A stretch of 63,184 nucleotides of DNA, filler included, from Stramenopiles sp. TOSAG23-2 (taxonomy: Eukaryota): NCBI GenBank assembly GCA_900128395.1. It is 9 parts of 9 records of this genome, joined end to end, with 100 filler letters (N's around TTAATTAATTAA, not from the genome) between each part and the next. Parts side by side here need not be neighbours in the genome. Positions count along the whole stretch, not along the records: positions 25,971 to 51,791 come from LT649446.1; 8 more parts are not named here. One strand, written 5' to 3'. A program made the translations under genes and the position numbers. The notes under the pieces are model-generated. The model saw nothing but the letters and a program-made list of their open reading frames with translations, was not told where the DNA came from and did not search any database. Position 1 is the stretch's first letter; each line of letters begins with the position of its first letter. Of the stretch, positions 30,028-40,554 are shown in pieces.

Positions 30028-31041
30028 ATGGGACAAGCAGGATCAAAAAGTGAAGGTCAATTCATACCATTATGGGATTGCACTGGTGGAACATTGGATA
30101 GAGGTTGCTCAACAGGAAATGATTGGAAATATGATCCTAAATTATTAACTATTTTAAATACTCCACCACCACGACGTAAAAGAAATAAAAATGTACAAAA
30201 GACACGTTCCGATTCATTTTCAAATGAACAATACTTTATAACAGAGTTGAGGTATCGTAAGGACTTCATTTGCAGAGTATTCGATTTCTATGCTAAAGAT
30301 CAAAAGCGACTATTTTTATCGGAGCTCAGGATATTAATAAATGATGTTGAAGATTCAGATAGTAAAAATGTAATTACCACCAAGGAATATCCAAAAAGTA
30401 ATAGTATCAGCAGCAGCAGTAGTAAAGATAATGATAATAATAACAGCAAAGAGGATATCATTCAACTTGGGACAAAAAATACAGAAGAAGAATTTAGCAA
30501 TGATTTAATATTATTTATATTAGAAAAGTTAGGAGGTCAAAGAAATGACGATGATGTGTCTAAATCGTTTGTAAGCAAAGACGCATTTGTTACTCAAATG
30601 TTTAACGCGATGAACATGAAGACTTTTGATGAAAAAACGTTTGATAGAATACTTTGCACCTTGTGTATTAAAGGCAAACATAAAGATGAAACACAAATCA
30701 TGGAGGTGAAGCTCATTTTATTGCATATATGGGATGCATTTGATTGGAACATGGATGGTAGGCAATCATACGATGAATTTGTTGCATTTGCTAAAACAGC
30801 ATTTGGAAATGAAAGTACAGAGGAAGCATGTAAAGACATGTATATGGCAATGCTTCCAGGTGTTGAAGAAAAAGATCTAGATAATCATCCAGGAGCACGT
30901 TTGCCAGATTTTGTGTATTGGCTATGGGACTCTTTGAGCCCAATGGAGAAAGCTGAACGTCAAAATGTTTTGCAAGAATTTATTAATATTGCATTACAAC
31001 AGCCAGGTGCAAAGAAAGAAATATTATCCAATTTGTTATAA
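30028..31041 (+). CDS. N-myristoylated EF-hand protein
   Basis: Start MGQAGSK fits the myristoylation consensus; EF loop DWNMDGRQSYDE; degenerate EF-like pairs elsewhere. Confidence 0.8.
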   Translation: MGQAGSKSEGQFIPLWDCTGGTLDRGCSTGNDWKYDPKLLTILNTPPPRRKRNKNVQKTRSDSFSNEQYFITELRYRKDFICRVFDFYAKDQKRLFLSELRILINDVEDSDSKNVITTKEYPKSNSISSSSSKDNDNNNSKEDIIQLGTKNTEEEFSNDLILFILEKLGGQRNDDDVSKSFVSKDAFVTQMFNAMNMKTFDEKTFDRILCTLCIKGKHKDETQIMEVKLILLHIWDAFDWNMDGRQSYDEFVAFAKTAFGNESTEEACKDMYMAMLPGVEEKDLDNHPGARLPDFVYWLWDSLSPMEKAERQNVLQEFINIALQQPGAKKEILSNLL

Positions 31042-31464
31042 TGATAGTCGTCGTCTTAAATTTAATATATTTATCTGTTTATATATATATACTCGTACAC
31101 GATATCATATTAGTCTGCGTCGTCAGACTCTAACTCTAATATCATATACCTCTGTTTTTTTAAATACCTTAATAATTAGCAAACTTGTACACGGTACAGT
31201 ACCAGTTAGGAGCTAAGAGTGTACTTAATTCACCGTATTAACTACAAATAATACCCTTATTTCAGTAATTTGTGCTTAACTTATACGAAGATCTACTAAT
31301 AATAATTCATCCATCACACATCATACTATCACATACTGGCATATTTATTATATATCCATGTAATAATTATTATATTTATAATATATTTATACATTATCTA
31401 TATCATTCTCATATACATTATCATATTGACAATACACTTCATATTGACGAACGTATCGTCAAAT

Positions 31465-34400
31465 ATGTTTACAAAACGAGCACAGAGATTATCACCAATA
31501 TTCAATAATAATGAAGTCCTTGCCGCTGCTGGACTTGCCGCTGCTTCTAGAGTCGGCGATTCAGCTATATTTTTTCATCAAAATGATTTAATTTGGATAA
31601 GTCACGAAACAGAGGCTTGGGTCCCTGGCAAAGTCCTTTCCGTAGTATCAAATTCTAAAATTATTGTTCAAGGTGATGGTGGTTCCTATTACAAGAATGA
31701 AAATATTACAATCGATTTAGAAAATAGCGAGAACAATGAAAAAAAAAACAGTCCGTCGAAAAAAAAGTTAAGGAGGTTCAACTCTTCTTCTAGGGAAGTA
31801 TTTGGTATGCAAAATTTAAAAGTATTGCCACGATATAAAGCAAATAATAATACTGTTGATAGCGGCAAAACCGCAGACGCCATGGGGACATTGGTACACT
31901 TGCACGAAGCATCGATCTTGAATAATATACGAAAACGATTTGAAAAGAATTTTATTTATACTTCAACAGGAATAATGATAGTAGCTATGAATCCATATAA
32001 AAATCTAGATATTTATGGTACCAAAGTAATTAATAAATATCGTGGGGAAAATTTATCCAGTGGATCTAAATTACAACCCCATTTGTACCTTGTTGCTGGC
32101 CAAGCGTATCAAAACATTAGAACAAACATGAAAAACCAGAGTATAATAATATGTGGTGAAAGTGGTGCTGGTAAAACCGTTTCAACAAAATTGATTTTAC
32201 AATATATATCAATAGTCGGAGGTAAAGCTGGGGTTGGTGATATGGAAAAGCAAATTTTATCGACAAATCCATTAATGGAAGCCTTTGGCAATGCTAAAAC
32301 AATACGAAACGAAAACAGTAGTAGATTTGGAAAATATGTACAGATTCTTTTTAGTGCCCAAGCATGGATATTAGGCGCACGTGTTAATAATTATTTATTA
32401 GAGAAATCACGCGTGGTCTTTCAACCTGCAAATGAGCGGAATTATCATTTATTTTATCAATTGATTGCCGGGATGTCAAATGAAGAATTGAAAGACTTCA
32501 ATTTACAAAGAGATCCATTTCATTATCGTTACTTGAACCAAGGAAATTGTGTTGAAGTAGATGGTGTTGATGATCGTCTAGAGTTTAAAAAAACAATTAC
32601 AGCAATGATATCTTTAAATATGAGTAGTCAAACACGAAAAGAAATTTTCGGCATAATAGCGTCTATATTACATCTTGGGAATATTAATTTTGTTGCATCA
32701 TTAAGCAATGGAAAGGTCATGATAGAGAATCCTGAACTGCTGCAATCAGCTGCAACGCTGCTTGGTATGGATATCAACATTATGGAAAATTGTTTTCGCT
32801 ATAAAACTAGGATTGTAGCTGGCCAAACTATAAAATCTCCCTTAGAAATGGAAGATTCGAAGCAAGTAAGAGATGCATTTGCAAAAGATTTATATAATAA
32901 AATGTTTACTTGGTTAGTATCACGTATAAATACAACGTTAGGGACATCCCAAAGTGTAAAAAGTATATTAGGAATTTTAGACATATATGGATTTGAAAAT
33001 TTAAATACAAATGGTTTTGAACAATTATTAATAAATTATGCCAATGAAAAGATGCAACACCTTTTCAACGAAGAAGTTTTTAGATCTGAACAAGAGGAGT
33101 ATATCACTGAAGGTATACCTTACAGTAATATTCAAGATAATTTAACTAAAAACAACTATGATTCATTGAAAATAATTGAATCTGTCCCATACGGAATTTT
33201 GTCTTTGATAGATGAGCAAGGTTTGCTAGGTATTGCTGGGAGCGACCAGGCTCTTGTTGCAAAAATGAGACAAAATTTTGGCCCGAATGGCAAATATACT
33301 AGCCCTTACTTTGAGAATGCTGGAATCTCATCCGGTTGGCGTGGCAAATCAGAAAATTTTGTTATAAAGCATTATGCAAGCGATATATTCTATTCAGGCA
33401 CTAATTTTGTGACAAAAAATAATGACACTTTGCCATCCTCTGTCGAAGAATTATATAGTAGTTCAATTGTAAATGTAGTGAAAGAAATGAAAGAAATAGC
33501 TGACATTGGTGTTCAAAATTACAATGATAACAATAAGAATTCTAAAAGTGGACCAAAACGTGATAGAAGAAAAACCTTTCAACGCGGGAACTCTTTTCAA
33601 ACAACGCTTGGGTCACGATTTCGTAGAGATCTAAATGTTCTAGTGAAAAACTTAAAGACAACTACATCACATTTCGTTAGATGTATACGTCCAAACGATG
33701 ATTCTGTCCCGGAAACTTTTGATGCAAGTAACGTTGTCAGGCAATTAAGATATTCCGGCGTTATTGAAGCGTTGCGTATACAGCGATCAGGATTTCCCAC
33801 TAAAATGAATTACCATTCGTTTATATATCGATATGATATTTTGTTTGCCGATGAGTTACGATGGAATATACATCGTTCGCCTGAGCTACTTGATATTAAA
33901 AGCTTACAAAATGGCATTTTGGAATTATTTGAAAATGATCTATGTAAAAAAGCTGAACTTGGAAGGCACAGTTATAAATTTGGCAAAACAAAGTTATTTT
34001 TGCGAAGCTACGTAACAAATACTTTGGAAAATATTAAAAAAATTATTTTGACCTCGCATGTACAGCTCCTTCAAGACATGTTTCGAAGACGGCTAGCATC
34101 GCAGCGTTTTTCACGGGTTCAAACAGCAGCAAATTTGTTACAAAAACACGTCCGCGGCGTTTTAGCGAGACGGCAACACAAAGCAATGGTTGCACAAATG
34201 CAGCGGAAAGCGGAAGATATGAAACGAGCAATGCAAGCTCGTAAAGAGAAGGAAGAGGAAGATTTGCGTATGGAACGTGCTACGGATATTATAAAAGCAG
34301 CGCAAACTAAATTGGATAAATTACAATCTGTTTCCAACATCGAAGGGAACAAGCTGATTGTAGTAGATGATGGTGTAAGAATAGGCTATGAAAAATGCGT

Positions 34401-36804
34401 TTCTATTTTACAAGAAGCTATTGAGTCTCATACTAACGGTGCAAAAACATTTTTAAATAGTGCAAACCGCGCCTTAAATGCTGTCAATCGTTGCGCTGAT
34501 AACTTTAGATCAGTCCAAGTAAGAATGGAGGAAGAGTATCATCGTCAAATCGAACTTCGAGAGAAACGAAACGCAGATAAAAAGCGACGAGAACAAATGC
34601 GAGAAGCAATGGAAAGGACGAGGATGATGCAAGAAGAAGAATACTTGCGTAATTATATCATGCGCATGAAAAAAATTGAAATGGTAAAAGAAAGCTCCGC
34701 ACGTTTTGCCATGAAACGCGAGGAAGACTATACACGCTGGGTGTTGAGTGAAAGACACCGGCAACAGGTACTGCTAGAAAGTACGGAGTTAAAACGGATG
34801 AGAAAGGAAGAAGAAGTACAACGAAAGGCAATGATTGCAATTTTGCAACAACAACTAGAGGCAGAGGAGCGGCTGAAACGTAAGGAACTGCAACGGGAAG
34901 TTGCTGAAAGGCAAATGATGGAATCAGAGGAAAATTATCAATTATGGTTAGTGCAGGAAAGAGCACGATTACTAGAAGTTGCTGAGAAAAAGCAATATGA
35001 CCATGATTTAGCTATTGCGAAGATGGAACGCTATGCTATGCGCATTGAGGAAGAAAAACAAAAAACTTTTGAATTAAATGTGTGGAAGAAATTTCAAAAA
35101 TCTTTAATGTTGTGGCAAAGAATAGAAGAGGAACGTTGTCTAAACGAGTTAACAGCAATGCAAAAAGAAGAGGAAAATCAAAAACGAGTGGAACTAGAAT
35201 TGCAAATTTTACAGATTGAGAAACGCAATAGCGATCGAGAGCGAGTATTGATGCAGGCAGAAGATATGCAATCCAAAATGTATAGTTTGAATCAATCAAT
35301 AGGGTCACATATGTTAAATATACGTAAATATGAACGCACGATGGAAAGAACACCGTTTGTACCACCAGAGGTAAATGACCCCTTTTCAATTGTGAGGTCT
35401 ATGACAGATGATTTAAATCGTCATACTTCACAAATCAAGGATTCTTATCATTTACGACATAGTGCGAAAAAGCGTCTGCTTGCAGAAAATACCCCGCCAC
35501 GTTACAGCAATATCACTACAAACAATGGTAACGAAAGTAGTTCGCAGACTGCCATGGACGAGAAAAGAAAAATGGAAGTTGAGGATGAACGTTCAACGGA
35601 GGTTTCTCATCAACTTGAATTTCAAGTAATGGCAACATCTTCCATTGCCAGCTCATCGTCAAAGGAAGGTACGCCAACAAGAGGACGAGAAAGTTTCGTT
35701 AGTACAAAAATTAATTCAAGTACCGGAAGCAATGCAAATAATAATGTATCCTATGAACACGGTAACAGCAGTGGTATGAAAAACGCAGATGAATTTACAG
35801 ATGCAAATGAATTCGAGGAAGATGTTGATGGAGAAAACTATATACCGAAAACGCCTAAATTACCCCGTGATTACGAACGCATGGAATTAAACGATTTAGA
35901 TGAAATGATAGCAATGTCTGGTAATATTTCTGAAAAACGAAAAAGATATGAGAAAGTACGAAATGAAGCCAAAAAATATATTCATGCATTAAATTATGGC
36001 GATAATTTCATCAACGATAAGACTAGTATCGATGACGATATTATTATACCAAGGAAAAGTGCTAATGATTCAGGTGTGTTAAATGCAGCAGTTTCATTGA
36101 TGAAAAGCAGAAGGCGAGGTATGTCAATGTTTATTGGCGGAAACTTGCTTCCGCCAAAAATGGGCTTTGAAGGCGGAGATAGTGCTGATCTTAAAGAAAC
36201 ATCAACAAATTTCACCCGTTTGGATGATGTGAATATTTATGATATTAAAAAGAATAATGAGAGTAAAAGTGAATTGGCTAATATAGATAGTTGGATTAGC
36301 CAAAACATACCAGAGCATGTACGTACACCAGATAATAAATCTCGTAGTACTGAAAAGATTGATGGTTTGATGCATTCTTCAAGTAGTAGATTCTTAAATA
36401 CAAGTAATACTAGTAATAGAGGTATTAAAAGTTACAATACAGCGAAAACAAGGAGTCCACGTAGGGGATCATTTTGGACGAATGATGATAACGTGGTAAA
36501 TACAAGTACTGCTGAATTTGAATTGTTACGAATAAGAAGAAACGTATCTCATTTAAAACTTCATGGCAATTATCCAACTTCATTCGATGAAGAACATTCT
36601 TCGCGTACAATACCTGAATTTCTATTAGAGCGTGATCTTAAAGAAGAGCAAGAGATAAAAGACTTAGAAAGGGAAATAGCTAGAACATTTGGTATGGAAG
36701 ATGCATCCCTCGATTTTAAGATTTCTAAATTTCAAAAAAGAATGCGTAGGAAACGAGATGAATTAAAATATTTAGAAAGCATTGGGTCCTCTGGTGGTGA
36801 TTAA
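31465..36804 (+). CDS. Unconventional myosin heavy chain (SH3-like N-terminus, motor, IQ motifs, charged helical tail)
   Basis: P-loop GESGAGKT, EAFGNAKT, NENSSRFGK, LDIYGFE, HFVRCIRPN, FGKTKLFL; IQ motif AANLLQKHVRGVLARR. ATG at 31465. Confidence 0.97.
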   Translation: MFTKRAQRLSPIFNNNEVLAAAGLAAASRVGDSAIFFHQNDLIWISHETEAWVPGKVLSVVSNSKIIVQGDGGSYYKNENITIDLENSENNEKKNSPSKKKLRRFNSSSREVFGMQNLKVLPRYKANNNTVDSGKTADAMGTLVHLHEASILNNIRKRFEKNFIYTSTGIMIVAMNPYKNLDIYGTKVINKYRGENLSSGSKLQPHLYLVAGQAYQNIRTNMKNQSIIICGESGAGKTVSTKLILQYISIVGGKAGVGDMEKQILSTNPLMEAFGNAKTIRNENSSRFGKYVQILFSAQAWILGARVNNYLLEKSRVVFQPANERNYHLFYQLIAGMSNEELKDFNLQRDPFHYRYLNQGNCVEVDGVDDRLEFKKTITAMISLNMSSQTRKEIFGIIASILHLGNINFVASLSNGKVMIENPELLQSAATLLGMDINIMENCFRYKTRIVAGQTIKSPLEMEDSKQVRDAFAKDLYNKMFTWLVSRINTTLGTSQSVKSILGILDIYGFENLNTNGFEQLLINYANEKMQHLFNEEVFRSEQEEYITEGIPYSNIQDNLTKNNYDSLKIIESVPYGILSLIDEQGLLGIAGSDQALVAKMRQNFGPNGKYTSPYFENAGISSGWRGKSENFVIKHYASDIFYSGTNFVTKNNDTLPSSVEELYSSSIVNVVKEMKEIADIGVQNYNDNNKNSKSGPKRDRRKTFQRGNSFQTTLGSRFRRDLNVLVKNLKTTTSHFVRCIRPNDDSVPETFDASNVVRQLRYSGVIEALRIQRSGFPTKMNYHSFIYRYDILFADELRWNIHRSPELLDIKSLQNGILELFENDLCKKAELGRHSYKFGKTKLFLRSYVTNTLENIKKIILTSHVQLLQDMFRRRLASQRFSRVQTAANLLQKHVRGVLARRQHKAMVAQMQRKAEDMKRAMQARKEKEEEDLRMERATDIIKAAQTKLDKLQSVSNIEGNKLIVVDDGVRIGYEKCVSILQEAIESHTNGAKTFLNSANRALNAVNRCADNFRSVQVRMEEEYHRQIELREKRNADKKRREQMREAMERTRMMQEEEYLRNYIMRMKKIEMVKESSARFAMKREEDYTRWVLSERHRQQVLLESTELKRMRKEEEVQRKAMIAILQQQLEAEERLKRKELQREVAERQMMESEENYQLWLVQERARLLEVAEKKQYDHDLAIAKMERYAMRIEEEKQKTFELNVWKKFQKSLMLWQRIEEERCLNELTAMQKEEENQKRVELELQILQIEKRNSDRERVLMQAEDMQSKMYSLNQSIGSHMLNIRKYERTMERTPFVPPEVNDPFSIVRSMTDDLNRHTSQIKDSYHLRHSAKKRLLAENTPPRYSNITTNNGNESSSQTAMDEKRKMEVEDERSTEVSHQLEFQVMATSSIASSSSKEGTPTRGRESFVSTKINSSTGSNANNNVSYEHGNSSGMKNADEFTDANEFEEDVDGENYIPKTPKLPRDYERMELNDLDEMIAMSGNISEKRKRYEKVRNEAKKYIHALNYGDNFINDKTSIDDDIIIPRKSANDSGVLNAAVSLMKSRRRGMSMFIGGNLLPPKMGFEGGDSADLKETSTNFTRLDDVNIYDIKKNNESKSELANIDSWISQNIPEHVRTPDNKSRSTEKIDGLMHSSSSRFLNTSNTSNRGIKSYNTAKTRSPRRGSFWTNDDNVVNTSTAEFELLRIRRNVSHLKLHGNYPTSFDEEHSSRTIPEFLLERDLKEEQEIKDLEREIARTFGMEDASLDFKISKFQKRMRRKRDELKYLESIGSSGGD

Positions 36805-37038
36805 AATAGATTAGGCATTGTAAAATAATTAAAAGACACAGGGGAGAAGTTAAAATTTGAAGTATCATACACACGATTGTGTTAAATATATATTGAATTT
36901 AGAAAAAACACATTTTTTCAAAATGTTCTCTTCGTTCATATTTTTTATAATATATATATTACGAAGTATATATAATATTATGAACACACGTAAAATATAT
37001 TATTTAAAAATGTGAAGAACACTCTCACATATTTTTTA

Positions 37039-37644
37039 TTATTTCATGACTCGATCAACTTGTTTAGTAGCATCACGGATAGTACCTAACATATCCTCTA
37101 ACTGTTGAGGCGTAGCTTGAAATTGTATTTCTTTAATATCTTGTGTACTTCCAACTGGTTCACGTACTTTCAATGAAACAAAGTAAATCCCTCTATTCTG
37201 TGTTCTTACCTCGCTTGTTGTTGCATTATAATCCAATCTCCAATCAATTCCAACTATTTTTCCAGCACCAATAGCAGAATAATCTAACCTCTTCCGCATC
37301 ACTTGTGAATATTGCTTAAAACCTTGCCCTAGTGTATCCGCTCTATCTCCTGACATGCCTAATTCCTCAAACACAGTTTTTACCTGTTCAATGGTGGAAT
37401 CTTGTTTTGCTGCTTCAAGCAATACTGTCAGCAAACCATTGAATGCAGCCTTGCCATTGATAGTTTCCCCGTCAAAGATGGATTCTTCGGAAAATAATCT
37501 ACTCGATGCTGTACTCTCCTGTTTTTTTACATCACTTAATATACCAAATGCTAATCTAGAAACTTTTTCAAACGCACCTTTTGACAAACTATTTAATGCT
37601 TCTACACCACCAATACATTCTTTGCTAAATGTTCCAACATCCAT
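37039..37644 (-). CDS. COMMD3: COMM domain-containing protein 3
   Basis: C-terminal COMM domain IDWRLDY...YFVSL...IQF....QLEDML..IRDA matches the COMMD3 pattern; ATG at 37644. Confidence 0.8.
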   Translation of the reverse strand: MDVGTFSKECIGGVEALNSLSKGAFEKVSRLAFGILSDVKKQESTASSRLFSEESIFDGETINGKAAFNGLLTVLLEAAKQDSTIEQVKTVFEELGMSGDRADTLGQGFKQYSQVMRKRLDYSAIGAGKIVGIDWRLDYNATTSEVRTQNRGIYFVSLKVREPVGSTQDIKEIQFQATPQQLEDMLGTIRDATKQVDRVMK

Positions 37645-38336
37645 AGTTGCTTTTCTTTCTTCGTAATAATGTGCTGATGGAATATATAATGAATATTTCT
37701 TGTTACAAATGACAATATTCACATTGATAATATATAATATAAAAATATACGTATACAAAACAAACACATGTATCTATTCCGTATTTATTATTCATTAATT
37801 ATATATAGATATATTTTTTCTTTCTTCTACTGTAGTATGATAGCTGGATAGCTGGCTGGGCTGGCCCAGCTGGCCCGCTGGATAGGCAATAGGCCAGGTA
37901 TTATAGGCACATAGAAGAAGATACTGTAATGTAGTCTAATTTTTTTTGATGAGCTGAGAGGGGAGAAATGACTATACTATAGATAGGAGTGAGTACGTGG
38001 TTCGGCGGTGCCTGTTAGTGTAGATCTAGTAGTCTAGTGAGTATACAATACTTTTGCTGGTTTTAAGGGGACGCCCAAAATGAGTGCCATAAGCTACAAA
38101 AAATGTGTACATAAATCAATCCGTTATCACACTACTATTATTTCATGTTTTATTTCGCCTAGGAATATTCATATATATAATATATATCTTTATGATATAT
38201 AAAGCAATCAATATTATATATAAGCAATTAAATAATAATTAATATTACAATAGAACGCACAGAATTACACATTCGTACACAAACATAAAAGTAAATACAT
38301 AGATATACATAATACATACAATACGTATTAATTTAA

Positions 38337-40052
38337 ATGGAACTTAGTGAGAAAAGTGATAGGGCCGCACCAGGTAACTGGTCCCCCCCTGTAAAAGTTT
38401 CTACAGGAGGAGGAGGAGTTAATTATAATGATAATACTGATGCAAGAACGAATCCAGCAGTTGAACATGAAGCCGAAAATATAATGCAAGGCGTTAGAAT
38501 AACACAAAACAATATACGCAATGATTTTCGAACATTTTTAAGATCTACGTTGTCAGTCCTAGAGGAAGATATAGTTGAAAATATAATTCATGTATATGAT
38601 CATCATTGTTCACAAGAAGACGATGTTTTGACCGCAAGTTTATTAGTTGCACAAGACAATGTAGAAAAAAAATATTTTCCGTTCGTAAGAACATTCCAAT
38701 CTAGTTTAAATGAAGCTAGTAGCGTTTGTTCAAAATCATGTTTAGCAACCATTCAAAAAGAGCATAATAATTTCAAAGGTTTAAAATCACAGAAGATTGT
38801 ACATTTTGCAGGAAGAAATAAGAATAGTTCATCATCTTGGCGAGAGGGTGATTTACAAATTATTGGTGCGTTGAATGACATGATATCATGGGGACAGAAG
38901 TTACGTCAAATTATGCTAGGGCATTATCGTGGTCATGTTGAAGCAGTTGAAAAGAAAAATACTGTTGTTCAAAAGAAAAAGTTAAAACCTTTGGCTGGTA
39001 TTAAAAAAAAGATACGAAAACGTCCTTCAACAGCAGGAAAATTACGTAAACCAAATAGAAGGCCCCCGGTTGGTGGTGGATTTCATTCATCCTTTTCAAT
39101 TGAAGGAGATGCACTTGCAACTATGGGTATGGGTGATATGGCACCAGGTATCAATAATCCAATGAATAAAAATGCTTCCATGGGAGCTGGATACACAATT
39201 GGTGATGGACGTCAAAAGAATCAAATTATGCAACGCGCAAATGAAATGCGACATCAATCCCGAACTATGTTACGAAACGCCTTGGGTTCATATTACAATT
39301 TCGATGATTCCAAGGGCGGCGTAACAGATCGTCAAAATCCATTTTCAACATCTGCCATGAATAATAACCGTTCAAAAATAAACAATGCATTTAAAGCAAA
39401 GCGTCCCCTTCGAAGTAATACCACAAATGCTGAAAAAACAAATCAAGAATATAGAGTACGACCAGCTTCCGCTCAATCATATAGACGAAAGAAAAGTGGT
39501 ATCAACATAGTTAAAAATGACTTTTCAAATTTACATAATAATCGTCCATCTTCAGCGCATCAAAGAAGAAGAAAACCATTTGATATGCCTCGTGGAAATG
39601 GTAGTAATAATCAGTATGATAATGGTAGCAGTAGAATTAGCAAAAGTTTAAATAGCTTAAATTTGCCAACAGGAAACAAGAATGAAGATTTGAATTTAAT
39701 AGATAGTAATTTAATAGGTGAAATGAATGACAATACACAAATGTTACAGATTAGCCCAAATAGACCAGAAAATACAAACATAACCGCAAGGTTTAAAGCC
39801 GTTGGCACGCCAGTATCAGAAAGGAAGAAAAAGGGTGGAAAGAAAACAATACAAGACATGACATTAGAAAAAGCAGCATTAAGTCCATGGGGGAAAGACG
39901 AAGACATGGAACGCAATAGCAATAAGAATGAGAGAACAATAACAGTTAAAAGTAGAACACGCCCAAAATCAGCATCTTCGAAAAAGAAAAATAATCGAGG
40001 AAGCTTTAACAATAAAAATTTTGGTGTTATAGGTAATAGTTTTAAAGCGTAA
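38337..40052 (+). CDS. Hypothetical protein: helical N-terminal half and a basic disordered tail with multiple RPx[S/T] motifs
   Basis: 571-aa ORF; RPSTA, RPASA, RPSSA, RPKSA. Confidence 0.8.
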   Translation: MELSEKSDRAAPGNWSPPVKVSTGGGGVNYNDNTDARTNPAVEHEAENIMQGVRITQNNIRNDFRTFLRSTLSVLEEDIVENIIHVYDHHCSQEDDVLTASLLVAQDNVEKKYFPFVRTFQSSLNEASSVCSKSCLATIQKEHNNFKGLKSQKIVHFAGRNKNSSSSWREGDLQIIGALNDMISWGQKLRQIMLGHYRGHVEAVEKKNTVVQKKKLKPLAGIKKKIRKRPSTAGKLRKPNRRPPVGGGFHSSFSIEGDALATMGMGDMAPGINNPMNKNASMGAGYTIGDGRQKNQIMQRANEMRHQSRTMLRNALGSYYNFDDSKGGVTDRQNPFSTSAMNNNRSKINNAFKAKRPLRSNTTNAEKTNQEYRVRPASAQSYRRKKSGINIVKNDFSNLHNNRPSSAHQRRRKPFDMPRGNGSNNQYDNGSSRISKSLNSLNLPTGNKNEDLNLIDSNLIGEMNDNTQMLQISPNRPENTNITARFKAVGTPVSERKKKGGKKTIQDMTLEKAALSPWGKDEDMERNSNKNERTITVKSRTRPKSASSKKKNNRGSFNNKNFGVIGNSFKA

Positions 40053-40554
40053 TAAAAATATAATTTTAATATACGCATTAATTTATTTATAATACGTACG
40101 AGTATAATTTAATTTACGCATAATTATTTATTTATAATAATATATATGTGTTTTTCTCTTACTCATATGTTATATAAAATTCTTTTACTCCCGTTTATTA
40201 TATATATATATATATATACGTATTAAAAGTTAACGCATAAATATACGAGTATATATAATGATGGTTAAAATCTAAGTTATAATAATTTTACACTTCTCGT
40301 GTTATATATATATATTACAAAAGCAACATCACTTCTGTTGTAAATCTCCAAAATCATTTCCAAATTTTCTATTTTTAAAATACAAAAGTCCGCTTAAAAA
40401 TATTTATCGAAGCGTAATATGCTCAATACTCAATCGCAAGAATAATATGCTATCCTACTATAGTAAAGCTCTAATGCACCGCTGTTCGTATTTTTTTTTT
40501 TTTTTAAATATTAAAAACAAAAAAATAGTAAGCCCCGTACCCTTTCTCGTGTGT

